Below are positions 1 through 15,012 of a stretch of 64,000 bases of DNA, piece after piece. Each line of letters starts with the position of its first letter. Position 1 is the stretch's first letter. The position numbers and the translations under genes were made by a program. Below the pieces are notes generated by a model. The model was given only the letters and a program-made list of their open reading frames with translations, did no database searches and was not told where the DNA came from. This DNA comes from Eledone cirrhosa (Eukaryota), in the NCBI GenBank assembly GCA_964016885.1, contig OZ024740.1, positions 83,576,001 through 83,640,000 of the forward strand, written 5' to 3'.

Positions 1-930
1 TCTGAGTAGCTCTACCTCTATTCTATTTCCTTCTATCACTAGTCCTTTGCTAAACCTAATCGACTCTACTTTAATTGCCCTTTTCAGGGCGAACCACCAC
101 CTGTTGTTGACGACCGCTCTCGTCAACGCCCGCTTAACTAATAAGCTAATCCAGTCTCTGTAGGCTTTGCGTACCGGGAAAGACGCGTTCAGCTTCCAGT
201 AACTGGGTCCGTGTCTATGAAGTCTGTCTATGTCTATCTCACATATCACATGGTTTGTGTAGTCGACTATTTTTAATTGTGGACAATTAATACTAGCCGT
301 ATATAGTTCTATGTAGAATACCCTATCGAGATACGATCTGGATGATCCGATGCGATTTGTCCATGTCCACATTGGCACATTCGGCTGATACAGTCGATAC
401 CTGTCAGACTGTTCAAAACGTCTGAGCAGGTTGGTGAGGCTCTTGTACCCTCCTCCCCTATCCACTGGCCCCACACATTCCCAGTGTGCATCCATGATAC
501 CGTTCCAGTTGCCCACTAACACTAAAGAGCTGGACGTTCTAAGAAAGGTCTCTAGACGTCTAAAGAAATCTGGCCGTCCTGTCCCTGTCGGGGCATAGAC
601 GGCTACTAGCCTGAAACGTTGCCTTCGGTGCCGCTTACGTCCAGCACCACCGACTTACCTTCTGGGTCCAGGAAGATGGTCCGTATGGCGAGACCCAAGC
701 CTTTCCGAAACAACACAGCCACTCCGCCCCCCGCTTCCGGACGGCTCGGAGATGCTTACACCTCGTAACCGTCGAAGATCGGTGCGAAAGCTTGCGTTTC
801 GGAGATTCTCATCTCGCTGATGGCCACCACATCTATGTTTAGTGACCTGAGGTCGTTAAGCAAGTGACCCTGCTTCCAAACCGAGCTCAAGCCACGCACG
901 TTTACACTTCCGATCCTGAATACGGCCATG
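1..930 (-). mobile_element. Tx1/L1-like LINE ORF2 N-terminal AP endonuclease, degenerate, runs off the left edge
   Basis: Minus-strand translation MAVFRIGSVNVRGL...IDVVAISE, then FRLVAVYAP and GPSYWKLNAS motifs in broken frames. Confidence 0.85.
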
Positions 931-1374
931 TTGGGTGAGGAACGGGGCGAGTGAGAAAGGATCACTTACCTTGATCGTCTGGTGAAGGGACCGCCGAATC
1001 GTCCCTTCGGCTGGTCGTCGGCTCTTCTGTGAGTATATCCGAGTATACTCTCCTGTTGAGTGTCCCTCCTAGGTCTCTGAAATCACTAATTGCGTTGGGG
1101 AATTTCATTTTAATGTTTGTGTATTGTTTCTGTGATACTCTTACCGGTCTTATGTTCGTTGGTGTTTTGATTGGTGCTGGTATTATTTAGTCGTGCTGTG
1201 AAATGTCTGTGTGTTCAATTATGTAAGTCATTAGTTTCTTGTTGTGTGTATTTATTGCTGTGTATTTCTTTTTCTGGAGAGGGGGTGTAGTTCTGCTATT
1301 TTCTTGTTGTTGTTGCTGGGTGTGTGTGTTTTGTTGTTGTGTTTGCGAGGTTGGTGCTTGTGGTTATGTTGTTG

Positions 1375-4203
1375 AAGTGGTGGTTTGCTCTGAAAAGAGC
1401 GATTAGAATAGAGTCCATAAGGTTTAGTAAAGCTTTAGCAATAGAGAAAAATAGAGCAGAGGGAGAACTAGTTAGAAAATTAGACGAGGTGCTTAGCAAA
1501 GGCATTGCGACCGACGTACTTGCAGCGAAATTGGCCCCTACCAATTCTTCAATGCAAAGCTCGAAGGCTGCGTGGTCAGAGCTAGGGTGCGTGCTCTCAG
1601 ACACGAGCGGACGAAAGCCGTTCAATGGGCTCGAGTGCCGGTGGCGCGTCGTGGCAACAAAGCCACGATCCGGTCTTTGGTGGACCACAACGGGAGCATG
1701 CTACTCGACCCCGGGCAAATGTGTGAAGCTTTTCAGCGACACTTCGCTCAGCTGTTCGGGGGCAGCGGCGGGCCGGATCAGGGTATGGACTTCAGTGTCT
1801 ATTTCGACGGACTGTCGCGGCTCTCGGCCAGACGGAGTGTTACGATAACAGCCGCTGAAGTACGAGAGGTGAAGTACGGGAGGCAATGACTGGCTGCACA
1901 AGGGATAAATCGCCTGGTTTGGATGGTCTGCTCTATGAACTTTACGTACAAATGCCAGAATGTTCGGAGGCCTCTTGGCGGACGTCTACTGCAACTGGCA
2001 ACAGAACGGGAGAATCCCAGCTCTGTGAGACGAGGAGCGGTGGCGCTGCCGAGAAAGTTTCTCAACAAGGGGGATAACATAGATAATTTCAGGCCCATCC
2101 ATAACTCTCCTAAACACAGAGTTCAAGATTTTGGACAAGGTGCTAGCATAGAGGTTGGCGCTTGTCGTTGGTGGTCTGGTGGGAGAGGCGCAGACATGCG
2201 CCATTCGCGACAGATCCATTAACGACAACCTCCACCTCATGCGATACATCGTGGAAAGGGTAGCTAGGGAACATTGCACTGGTGGGGCCTTGATCAATTT
2301 AGATCAGTAGAAAGCTTTCGAAAGTGTCGACCATCGTTATCTGGCGGCAGGCCAGAGGGCGGCTGGCTTTGGGCCCGTCTTCAGAGGCTGGATCGCTGCC
2401 ATGCAGGACATCTGCTCTGTGGTGAGAGTGAACGGTAACCATTCGGAACCGTTCAACATCATGCGCTCGGTCCGCCAAGGATGTCCCCTCTCGTCCCTCT
2501 TGTATGTATTCACTCTCGAGCCATTACTGCACAAACTGCAGACGTTGAGGGGGGTCCCGCGCGAACTAGGATGCGGAAGAACGTGTCAGCATATGCGGAC
2601 GATGTTACCGTAGTTGTGTCGAAGGCCAAACACATCTAGGCAATCGGCACCACACTAAGAGAATACGAAGCGGTGACAGGAACAATGATCAACAAGGAAA
2701 AGTCGGCGGGCCTGCAGCTCGGCACCTGGAGAGGCAGGTCCATGCCATCCAACAGCGTCGTCGGGCGCTGGACGGATGGACCGGTTAAATTGCTAGGGGT
2801 CTAGTTCGGTCCAGACCTCCAGACGGACAAAAACTGGGACGAGGTGACGAGCAGGGTAGCTTCTCTCACCCAGAAATGGGCACAGAGGAAGCTATCCCGG
2901 AAAGGTCGAGCGGAGGTGGCGAATGCGTACATTGCGTCCGTCATCTACTACCGCCTGACCGTCGTGCTTTGTCCTAAGCCTCGCCTGACTGCACTGGAGC
3001 GTTTGCTCTTTCGTTTTTCTGTGGGAGGAAGGCGCTCCGATGGTCAGGTGGTCCATCTGCTGTCAACACCCGCTACGTGGAGGGCTGGGCCTGCCGTGGC
3101 TAATAATTCGCAGATACGCGCTCAGGCAACGACATCTCCACCTCCTCCTCGACGGTGATCAGGTTTGGTCGCCGTTGGCTAGATGCGTCTTTCCCCAGCT
3201 CGTCTCCTTGACGGAGATGCTCCTGGGTCTAGCGAAGACCGAGAGGGAGCGCTTGGAGACTGGAATGTCTTCAGGCGCTCACGGCCCTCGACCAGTCGGG
3301 CAATGTGATCGGTGAAAACTCTACCTTGGCGTTCTATAGAGGATTAGTGGAAGAGCAGAGCGACGACGTACGTGGGGAAACTCTAGGCGTCGACGAAAAT
3401 CAACTAGCCAATCTCTTCGGAAGAACTTTCCGGCCGGGGCCTATGGACAATTTCCAGAAATCCCTAGCCTGGCAGTGCTAACGAGGAGCTTTTCTAGTTC
3501 AGGATAAACTCTACAGGCACGGAAGTGCCGTCAACCCGGCATGTCCAAGATGCACGCAGAGCCACGAAACCGTCTTGCATGCACTCGTCCAGTGTCCGAG
3601 CATTGCTGACTTGTGGCTTTATGTCGAACACCTGCTGTCGCGTGTAGAACGGCTCCGGCTATCAGGTGAGTCCATCGTGGGAATTGCCCCGCCTTCTTCC
3701 TCTAGCCGGGGAGTGCAGGCAGTTTTTATCTGTCTGGAGAAAGAGATAGTATGGTGGGCGCATTTGAAAGTGTTGAAGACGAGCACTTACCTCTTCGGTG
3801 ATGCCCTGATTAACTTTTTCCAATTTCATTTGAAAAGGAAAATCAGGTTAGGGAGGGAGGTGCTCTCTTCCCAGCATTTTGTTGAAAGATGGGTGAGAGA
3901 GGCAAGAAAGGCCAGAGTGAATGGACCTACTCTGAGTATATGCCTGTAAATTGAAGGTGGAAAACTGGGAGAGGGCACTTGCCTTGGTGGTCAGGGTCAC
4001 CGTGGCTTTTTTTTAATGGGCTCTCTCCACGATGGCCCTCGGAAGTTTTACCCCTATTGGGGAATTTTTCATTGTTCTTGTTTTGTTACATCCTGTTTTT
4101 TTTTGTTTTTTACACGCAGAAATGCCCATTTGTACCGTTCTGTATTGTCCTGTGCTGTCCTTAATGTCTACGTTGTGTAAACCCTTGTGGTTAATAAGGA
4201 AAG

Positions 4204-4240
<37 letters not shown>

Positions 4241-4270
4241 ATTCTCACTATTATTATTATTACTATTATT
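1375..4270 (+). mobile_element. 5'-truncated Tx1/L1-like LINE (RT, C-terminal Cys motif, 3' UTR, (TTA)n tail), frameshifted
   Basis: KSPGLDGL, NFRPI, VRQGCPLSSLLY, AYADD in a shifted frame, GGLGLP, CPRC...HALVQC; (TTA)n at about 4206-4270. Confidence 0.9.
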
Positions 4271-7200
4271 CAGAAGTATCAGACGTGTTACTAGTCCACT
4301 GAGAGTGCATCGTTGCGATTCTTGGTATGATGCAGCGTTGACAGTCATGTACAGAAGTGTGTGTTTATGCTATATTTGTTTTGCTTCCTTTTTTATTAAA
4401 TTGATTGAATATTTCTCTTCGGTGTGTTGTAAGAGTTCTATGTACTATTATCAATTTTCTGATTTCTTATAATCTGGAATTCAAATCGTAGTGAAAGGTA
4501 TACAATAATAGTCAGCTCAGAATATACCCATCGATGAACTACTTCCCAAACGATGAAAATACTCTGTATTCCAAGACAATATTGACGTGAGACATTACAT
4601 GTTCAATTAGCATTCATTTAATTTCTCTATCAATGCGAGGTCATAATATCATAATCAATAAAACTAATACTATACATTCATACACGATAATAACCAGATA
4701 ACATATAAGAATCACAAGATTATAACTCAAAATTAACACATAACAAAATTGCTAAAAAATGTTAAAATGATAAAGCAACGATCGTTTTACTACTGACAAA
4801 TTCATCATATTTGTTTTTTTATGTATTGGTTGTCTATTTATGCATACATCTTTAATGTGATTAAGTATTTCGTAAACTAATAATATACTAAGGCGTTAAT
4901 TAGATTCGTTTTTGTCATTTATTTTCATTTAACTATAAACCTTTTGGATAAACGTAAATCGCTTCACTGATTTGGAAAGTTAAATAACCAAATATATATA
5001 TATATTAAATTCGAATATTAGGCACGGACGCATGATTTATAGATATATGTGATTTTTGATATTCTTGCATAAATGAATTATGTTATTTTAAATTTGCATC
5101 ATAAACGTCATGTAAACGTTACCACGAATCCGATAAATACATACTTGTTTTATTTTTTAATTATTATAATGGAATATATGTAACTATATTTATACTTAAT
5201 ATAAGAAACTATGTAGATTATTCACTCAATTTAAATGGAATACATATAACGATGTATCTGGTAGTAACATTTCATCATGAATATATATATACTTGCAGTA
5301 TATATATTTTATGATTTTTCAAAATTCCAATTGAAATATCATCAATTTTGGCTGTGAATTATCTGCCATATTTTACTTCATATGTGTTCATCATTTGACA
5401 GAGCAGTCACATCTTCTGCTATAATGCAATCAATTTATTGCTTTTTTTAAATATATATATATTCAAACATGTTTCTGTGATCTGAATGTAGAGTATTAAT
5501 TATGGAATCATTTTTTTTTTATGAACATGTTGTTACATTATATATTAGTTTGATTTATTTGATATTATATATAAATAAAATTCTTATTTATTATAACTGC
5601 TTCTGATTCGACTAAAAATAACTCGAAAATAACTACAGGTAACATTATCCTAATGGATCTATTCCATTGCATAGGAACACAAACAATATATCGTTATACA
5701 TGGAACTGTCTCATTCTACATGAGCACAAAGGCACGAAAATACCAAGTAGGTAAGTACATTTGAAAGAGAACCACCCACTGTATTAATATAATAAAGGAT
5801 TAAGAGTTTTGATTAGATAAACTAATCAAGATTGCTATTAGGACAACAGCGATCAATATATAAAATGTGAATGTAATAATTAATTACAAGTGTTTAATAT
5901 ACAGAATTTGTAGGTGTCATTATTTATAAACAGGTTCAATTCATACATCACGTCTAACAACTACTGTTGTTTTAATTAATATTCCGAGTGTATGTCTTTC
6001 TAAATTCAATGTGTAAAACTGGAAATCAATAAACGGAAAAAATAGGGTAAACACGGTGATGAATAACCAGAAAACGTGGATTTGATATGACTTTCTGATA
6101 AATGAATTAGAAACATGTCAATATTAATTGACGATTGAAAAAGTCGGTGAACCATGCATTGATCCTTCAAGTAGAATGCATTAGGTGTGAGGGAATACAC
6201 ATTAATAGAACTTCAAAATTTATAGAACATTCACTTGACGACATGGCTCCTATGTTTTCATGCGTAGGGAAATAAATCAATAAACAAGAAAATTATTACA
6301 GCAGTAAACTATTGTATGCTACTATAGAAACAATTAATCAAAGTAAAACAAAAGCATTTCATAATGGCTAGATTAATTCATTAATATGTGGATTATGGAT
6401 TTTTCATGTACAAAATTAGAGCAACATTTTAATTGACATAATCCGATGTATTTATGCAAAAGCTAAATTCTCGCTGATCATTTATGAATTACCCTGAATT
6501 CGGGGACCTCGATAGTCAATCGGCAACAGAATATTCAAACATAAAATCAACTTGTTTCACAGTTAAATAAATTTACAATACATAAGATAATTTATTTGGA
6601 AAATTGGTACCATTAATTATTTTAATACCAAAACAAGTACAAGATATAATGTTTGCAGAGCATCGATAAATATGATGAACGTGAAATTCCTAATGCTGCA
6701 GAACGTTCAATCGGATTGATGAGCTCTTTACTTATGTTGCCAGTATAAAACCTGAAAAACAAAACGCGTATAATGAATGCTCAGAAGCTCTAGGAAACGT
6801 CAAGTCCATATAAGTTACTTGTTGTGGGTGTGGGTATTTCTTTCTTTCATTCTTATTAAGATCAACTATTATTAATATTTTGTTACGATCTATCTAAACA
6901 ACAATAGGTTATTTTGATTGTGTTCAACGTCTTTTAGCTTACCGTATTTTATTAGTATTCCTTCTTTTTGTCTTAAACATTTAAAACACAGGGGTTGCGA
7001 CTGGCAGATAAATTCATCATTGGACAAATCAGTGGACGAAGCATTTTGATTTGTGTCCTCCGCAGTATCTGATACTTTCAATTTCAAAATTACTTTCTCT
7101 AATATAAATACATTCATAAATGAAACTGTACCAGCACAAACATAAGCATTGCATCTGCTGCAGATAAACATGCATTTAACATCATATAAGCAACAGATGT

Positions 7201-7479
7201 ATGCACACATATTCCATTTCCTATATAATTATGTATTTTCCATTTTGCATATTCTATAAACGAATATATATATCGTTGTCATTTCATTTAATTCCGCACA
7301 AAATTCATATATGCATCAACGTGAGGCCGAGTATTATCTTTTTCAAACTTAAAAACATTGCTGACACTTGTGCTTCCATGCTCGGGCATGTGTCGGTTCT
7401 AAAATATGTAGAGTGAATCAAAAAGGAATATGAATACACATATACATTTCTCAACTAGAAAACCTAAAATGGCGATAAC

Positions 7480-8470
7480 AGTGGGTTGGGTTGTGTTGTA
7501 TAGTAGGCTTTAAAACGGTATTTCTCCTGTTGGTCAAGTTCTTCGGTTGGTCGCGTTTGTCGACGAAGTATGCGTGCCAGGAATGTCTGTTTTCTGTATC
7601 AGTGCCCGCAAGCAGACATTTCTCGGTAATGTGGGGAGAGGATGATGTGGAACAGAGGAGTTATGTATGCTTTCTAGTGGGTTGTGATATTACTATAAGT
7701 ATGCATGTTCTGCTCAAATGTAAAGCATATCTATGTTTTCACCTTAGTAGTGATGTAGATGTGTATGCATTCAGCCTATGGTTGCGTGCACTACCACAGA
7801 CTAACGTAGAATCAGCAACCTCCCACGCACCCACACATCACACAAGCAGAAAGCGTATCCAAAAATCAGGTATACACAGATATAAAATTAAAGCAACCGC
7901 ACGCGTGCGATAGGGTTACTGTTCTCTAATAGGGCTCATATATGTCTGGATAGTGTGATAACGTTTGAACGGGCTGTATTCGTGTTGGTAGAATTTTTTT
8001 CTAAATCCACAAGCAGGTAGGCCTGTGTAGGGAATGTTAAATTTTTTGGTCCGGTTTTATGTTACATTTATATACAAGATTTCTTCCTCGACATTTGGAT
8101 GTTGAGTCAGCATAAATTTGGGTCATTGTAGTTGCATTGCCTGGCTGGAATGATGTATTGGCCTGTGTGTGTTCTGGCAGAGGTGGGTTTAGATGTGTTG
8201 ATGAAGATTCTGTTTTGTGCGAAGTTAGGTTTTGTGCTGAACAAGAGTTTGAATGTGCGCACACAACCTTATGCAATATGCTTGGGCAACTAAACCACTA
8301 TTAAGAAGAACACATAGGTACACACCATACCTAGGCAGGATGCACATGAACATAGTGCTTTTAACGCAATACACCTCGAGGAAAGGCACACAACACCACC
8401 TTGCCTCTTTAGCCTCATATTTTCTGTACATACTCATATATGCCGACTGAGAATGCAAATGATCACCGCA
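7480..8470. mobile_element. Possible very degenerate Penelope-like fragments
   Basis: Weak GIY-YIG-like remnant (MQYA-G-QTK after a frameshift) near 8271 on +, and RDQPKNL-like text on -; heavily decayed. Confidence 0.25.
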
Positions 8471-8511
8471 ATCTACCAAGAGTATCACTAGAAGTGTGCA
8501 TGCGCATGGGC

Positions 8512-8550
<39 letters not shown>

Positions 8551-9536
8551 ACATACACAGGGGGACACTATGCTCATATGACATAACCTCAACACCTTAA
8601 CTACACACACCCACAGTAAAAGTAGTAAGCTATACCACTACAACCACAACACTCACACGTGCATCAAAATAAAATTATACGGCAGGGAAGGGAAGTAAAG
8701 GGGAGCCATATAGAAAGTGAGTAGGGTGAGAAGAGGAAAAGCTAATAATACTTACTACGTTCAACTTGCCCCGGCACCAGATTCTCCTGACTTCATTTTT
8801 CGACACTAGCAGTGTTGCGCTTTCCTAATTTTAGACATCTCCACTCAGCGACCTTCATATAGCGAATACACAACCACACAAGTACACACAGGTGCAGACT
8901 TACATTTGCACACACAACTAAGATGCGAAAATAATAAATTAATCATAGGGTTCGAGTTACGCCTGCACACATTGACACATGCATCGCGACAGATCCTTCG
9001 CGGCTACCAGACTATCGACCAAAGCCCCAAGCCCCATAGTTCACTCAATAGCTGTTCCTCCTCCTACACAAATTAAAACCTTTTTCCCACTTACACCACA
9101 TAAAACTGTCCTTAATGAAACAGCAATCGGATATAGCTAGAAATGAAATATTAATTCAGTTATCCAATCGCAATGTTTCATTGATCTTGTCTATTCATCG
9201 ATGGGGCCTTCTCGGGATTGTTGTGTTCTTTTGATTATTTTTAATAGAAGAGTAATATTTAGGTGTTAATATTATAGTGAAAACAGTGAAAGTGGAGTAA
9301 TACTTTTTCTGAAGTAATTTTGTGTAATACGACAGATAAGGAGAACTAGCTTAGAGCAAGAGATGGAAATTTATTTTGAAAAAAATATATATTGAAAAAT
9401 GCATGGAATGCTAGATAGGCATAGAGTTAATATAAACAAAAAGTTCACAGGAAAGGAATGTAGGAGAAACCTCACTCTGATTGCGTCTTCCTCCTCGCTT
9501 GGATCTTTATTACGAATTTCAGATGCATTATACATA

Positions 9537-10320
9537 TACGATGTCTGTCTGAAAAGTAACGGGACTGGTGTCATAAAAAATATATTTTTATTCCATACAA
9601 CAAACTACATTGTTTCACGTTCAAAGTAATCCCCTTCCAGTCCAATGCACATTTCCATCCTTCTCTGCCACGCTATGCACTGTCGGAAGGACAATTCTAG
9701 GATGCCCCACACCTCCTTCGTTATGGCCATCTTCATGTCAACCATGCCTTCAAAACAGGTTCCCTTGATGACCCCTTGAGCTTCAGTAAAAACAAGTCAC
9801 ACGGAACAAGATCATGTGTATGAGATGATTGTTTTAGAACGGCGATGTTCTCGGTCAGGAACTGCAGGATTCTCAGGGCGTTGTGAGAGGGCGATCTTCC
9901 GCATGCCCAAAATGTTGGTGGTAATCTTCCAAACGCTGCCGGGTTTTATGCCCAGCTTGCTGGCGATCGGTCAAACAGCCAGCCGACGATCACCACGCAC
10001 CACATGACTCATCTGCACAACGGTGACCTCAGTCCCGCTCGTTAAAGGGATACTTTTCCGCATCTTTGCGTTCCATTGGCGCGATAACCTCTCATCTCTG
10101 TTCACTTGCTGCTTTATTCCGAGTGCTTTTGACGGAGTATTCCCCAGTTGATACAGAAAAATCAGGTTTGTACGTTAGTCTGTCCTCATCACTCGATATA
10201 CAGTAGCGCAGAGACCTGATATCGCAGTTATATCGCAAATATTACGTCTCACAGGGACACAACCCGCTAATCGCTACTCCACTTATAGCTCACACAGCTA
10301 CCTTTCAGACACACATCGTA
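9537..10320 (-). mobile_element. Mariner-type DNA transposon relic
   Basis: Imperfect TIRs TA|CGATGTCTGTCTGAAAAG and CTTTCAGACACACATCG|TA with TA flanks; minus-strand VVRGDRRL transposase-like fragment near 9980-10003. Confidence 0.75.
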
Positions 10321-10949
10321 CATATATACATAATATTTCACCCTATAAGGGATGTTGTGAAACTGAGGAGAAATAAATATTTGCTCTGCGGATTTATGTA
10401 TGCTTTTATATTTTATATATGTATACAGTCTTTTTGGACTTCGCTTCGGATTACATATATATATATTCCGTCGTACAAGCACGTACAAGCACAAAACAAT
10501 TTCTTAGAAAATATATTGTAACAATGGAAATAATCAAAGAACTCCGATTAAAGATCAGAGGCCAAATGAAGCAACTGTAAGATGAAAATAAATACAACAT
10601 ATCAATAGTTATAAAGAAACAGTAAACAAGCCATCATGAACTTAATTAAGACCAATATCATCACTAGCAGCCACCGATGTTACGAATGAAAATGCACCCG
10701 TAGAAGAAAACAAGCAAGCAAGTATTAAACCACAAGGGAAATCAAAAGCACAAAAAATCTAGAAATAGATAGACAAAACTCTCATTCTTCAAATGAAAAT
10801 GGAAGAAAAGATACGACTCTGAAAATGGAAGTAAATAAAAACATTAAAGATATATAATAGCACACAGAGAAAACATAGGTAATACGCAATATCTAAAAAA
10901 TGAAATGCATGCAAAGCCACAAAGATTCCGAAGATATAGAATACACAAA

Positions 10950-13030
10950 CAATGTATTGACCAAAGCCAGTAATTTCAAAACCATTCTTCCAGGAAATCA
11001 GTAGAAGAAAAATAGAAGTAAATGTAGCTCTAAAATTAAAAGGAGTGGAAGAGAATGTGGACAGCATGGGAATTGCCACTCACAGGAAGAATAATAACAT
11101 CAAACACGGCTTCTGGGTATCTATGGGAAAGCATCAGAACAGACAAAATAGAAGACCCCCGACACATGACATCATTCCAAACATCTTGTTGAAATATTTA
11201 ACAGAGAATCATGGTATTCTTGCAGAGAAATGTAATACAATGGTCACAGAGCAAGGAATGATATCCGACTGTTTGGCTCAAGGGAAAATGATCCTGATCC
11301 CCAGCAGGCATTCAAAACTGAAAACCCATAACATACCACCCTACAACTTAACTGCAATAAGTGATCAGAAACTGACCAAGCAAGTGATACAAAATATACA
11401 TCCTGTTTCCAGTAGAGCAGAACGTTTGCCGTAAATCTTATATAGTTGTAAAGGCAAATTACTAACCAACAAATTCATTGCAGAAAACTTCAGAGGAGGA
11501 AAAGAAAATCTCAGGGTTGCGTTAATGTATTATCAGATTGCTGTCCACAGTGTTCCACATACGTGGATACTGAACACACTCGCAAAGAGAAATGTAGCGC
11601 AAAATATATTTTTTTTAATTATGCTGAAAGATGGGTTTATAGATATTGAGCGTATCGCAAAAAAAGAGGGACATTTTAAGAGAAATGCTTATCATCACTT
11701 ATTTTCTGCTTACCGCTGACACAATCATCTATGCATGGTTATGGCTATAACGCTCACGGCAACTAAATTAACCATCCCCTATATAGGAACGATCTAAAGG
11801 GCGGTGCTAACGAGAGGCAACTTGGAACACTGTTGCAGAGAGTACACACGTTAAGGAAAATATTCATACATGAATTTTGGACTAGAAACATGCGCCATAA
11901 CAGCACTGAAGTGAGAGGAAAGAGTTATAAACTCCTAACATCATGAGAGAAAAACTAATAGAGATAGGAGAATTAGAAGAAATACGAACATACATATATT
12001 TTGAAATCAATGATCTAGAAAGGGTGCCAAACAGACAGAAGAGATTAGAAAGGGATAGTATGGACTTATGACAGAATTAAATGCAAAGAATAACGTAGTA
12101 CTGGGTTAATAATATAGCAACCCCGCTAATAATCAAGAGTTTTAATATTTTGAAATTGACGCTAAACGGACTAAAAGTACCAGGCAGCAAACCAGGAAAG
12201 ATGATGATTAGATTTAAAATAAACAACCCAAAATATGTGTAATTATACCGACGAAAAATACAGTGCCGTAATTAGAAATTCGATGTACAATATCCACTTT
12301 ATAACTACGAATATGTAAGGAAGAACGATGGAGCTTTATTTAAATTGCCACAAAACATGACCCAAAAATTGTTTTCTATCTTCAAGGGGAACAAGAGGTT
12401 AAAAGCAGCAGTTGGATTGTCAGACACGTATGAGTAGAACGAACACAATGAAGTGGAAAGCCACAATAGAAATCGTTTAATTTGAAGAATTCCATTTTAA
12501 GAATTCCATTTTAACTCGATAACAAGAAAACCACTTGCATGTCACAAATATGAAAACAAATTCAATAGGGAAGAAAATTAAAACTGGCTAAGAAATTTGG
12601 AATAAAAACCGTGTCTAACGTAGTTCTGCTTGCAGCAATAACACACGACCTCTCCGCCGGAAACCACCAAACGTACATAAATACAATATACGGGGAACTG
12701 GAGAAAGATCGATTAAGCATACCATCTGTGGCTGTCCAGTCTTAGTTAAGAAATAATATATCTACAGACATGCACTGCAAGTTATGCCAATACTACGAAA
12801 TACCAACAGGTACAATCCAAAAAATATGTCAGAAAATGACACACCAAACATATACTTGAATATGGCAATACTCACAGACAAGGCGATCAAACCAATTGGC
12901 TGTATATTATAGTAAAATAAACACAGAGAAAATATTGTTTCATGATTGACATATTGTTTCATGATAGACAGATGCGAAGATGACAGCCGACACCAAACAA
13001 ATGACAGGAAAATGGTCTGTGACCTAAAGA
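10950..13030 (+). mobile_element. Degenerate R4/Dong-like non-LTR retrotransposon
   Basis: Fragments LAQGKMILIP, YQIAVHSVPHTWIL, later GCPVL and TDKAIK; many stops. Confidence 0.6.
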
Positions 13031-13034
13031 ACAA

Positions 13035-14300
13035 TGAGGCCTCTCTGGCAAATACTAGGATTGTTTTTTGCAGTCCATTTTGATCCCAACGGTTCTCTGT
13101 CCTCTGCTAATATATGATATCGGCTCCTTACAGTGGGAAGCCATGGGGCTAAAATCAACAAATGCCCATGCATGTTGCTTAATGTCCCACCAGGTCTCAC
13201 TATTGTTGACTCTACTTTCGCAACACCAAGCTGAAGCTACCTCACATGTCTATCGTTGAAGAATACAAATTTGGAAAAGCAAGTTTCTTGATCATGCAGG
13301 AGGACTCGTTCCTGAAGTTGCTTCTGTCGCCGAAGTGGTAGCTGGAGCAAAGTAAAGCATTACGATCAGAGAAATAATGGGACACACTCAGGCCAAAAGG
13401 CAGTGACAGAGCGTAACAAAAGTGGAACGGTCGTCAGAGGCCAGGGTAAAGATGAGGAGAGATATGATTTTGCAGGAGTTGAAAAAAAGAGGAGGAGGCC
13501 ATATGACTCTGGAGGGTCGTACAGCATAGCCATCAGAGTCATTAGAAGCCATCGGAAGGTACACTCTAGACGTGGCAACTGGGATTACCTGTAGCATATG
13601 GCACTTCTTAGAATCAGTTTTATCTATAATCTCATCCCTTCTATTACAAACCTAGTGAATTTCTGTAAATAAGATAATCCTGAGTGTCCCCTCTACCAGG
13701 TTAGTGAAATAGTGGAACACATTCTGAAATCGTTCACTGAAGTACTAGTCCAAGGAAAATACAAGTGAATGGACCATCAACTGCTTAAGGAGATCGTATA
13801 TATGATACATACGACAAAGGTCCGTAGCATCAACGTTCTACATGGAAGGAGGCAGCAGTTCATGGACAAGAATAGCACTGCCATACTAGGCAAGGGAGTG
13901 GAGTCATCTGATTGTTGCAAATTACTAGGAGTACACATCAGACCTACCGGGATGGGCAAAACAACGAGAAATAATCAGTAAGAGTGGCCAGTTGTCGAAA
14001 TATCGTATTTCATTCCCGTCAATCGAAGCATCTAATCTGGTTTGAACTCACCGTGACACCTGAAAATAGAATAGAAGTAGTAGACGTGTTGAAGACCAAC
14101 AGATACGCCAGTTTGGCCATCAGCCTGAGGGAGGCCAACTTCCGCCCGGATAACAGCGCGTTACATAGAGATTGGAGCCAGAGCATTTGTGGGTAAATTT
14201 ACCCACAATCTCTTGAAACAACTCTGTCTCTGAGAAGCACAGGACCAATGCACTAAATTAAAGGCAGCAAAGAAGAGTTCACGTGGGCTTCGTTGAAAAG
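13035..14300 (+). mobile_element. Degenerate HERO/NeSL-like non-LTR retrotransposon 3' part (REL endonuclease)
   Basis: CPL...VEHIL, VQGKYK and HLIWFELTVTPENRIE motifs. Confidence 0.55.
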
Positions 14301-14672
14301 TAATAAACCCAACCTCCATAACATTTTTCGAGACATATTGTTTTTACTTTAAGGTTGGCTAAGGAAAATAATTCTGAGTCAGTGGTGGAGGTTGCAGTGG
14401 CACTGCTGATGTCTCACCATTACCAGGACTAACAATGTTACTTTTTTAAAACTCAAGAAAGTTTAAATATAAGTTTGGAAGCAATGAAAACAGTGAGGAG
14501 TTCCACCTAGAATGTTTCACAATTCTCCGTATGGTTTAAATACTCAAACAAACCTCCGATGTCTAAATAGCTAAATGGTCCCAGCAGACGGATAACATGA
14601 ATGCGGCCCGTGAATGAGGTGAGTTATTTTCAAAAGACTTTCTTCTGTCCAGAGCTTCTGAGAGCTTCATAC

Positions 14673-14675
<3 letters not shown>

Positions 14676-14732
<57 letters not shown>

Positions 14733-14850
14733 TTCTCTCTCTCTATCTCTCCCCCTCTCTCTCTCTCTCGCTCTATCTCTTTCTCTCTCTCTATCTCTCC
14801 CCCTCTCTCTATATATATATAGATATATATATATGTGTGTGTGTGTGTGT
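14676..14850. repeat. (CT)n/(TA)n/(TG)n microsatellite cluster
   Basis: Direct reading. Confidence 0.95.
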
Positions 14851-14980
14851 GTATGTCTGTCTGTCTGTCTATCTGTCCTTAGGGCATCAACATATGTTAA
14901 CCAGAGCTAATGAGGGACAGAGACCGCTCGAGAGAATTCGCCCATGGATCTCGGGAATTTTACCCTCCCTAGATATATAC

Positions 14981-15012
<32 letters not shown>

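Noticed and set aside
1-1480. Back-to-back Tx1-like segments as one twin-primed 5'-inverted insertion
   Set aside because: The overlapping parts (1-100 reverse complement versus 1378-1476) differ at many sites, often third codon positions, so they look like separate subfamily copies
4013-4472. Poly-Leu and poly-Asn ORFs
   Set aside because: Translation of the LINE (TTA)n tail
5639-5750. Possible host exon (CAG...GTAAGT, one open frame)
   Set aside because: No polypyrimidine tract, no recognisable protein and no partner exons
6890-7210. 106-aa Cys-containing minus-strand ORF
   Set aside because: No recognisable domain; cannot be supported without a homology search
9108-9145. TTAATGA...GAAA hammerhead-like text
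   Set aside because: Core mutated and stems I and III do not pair convincingly
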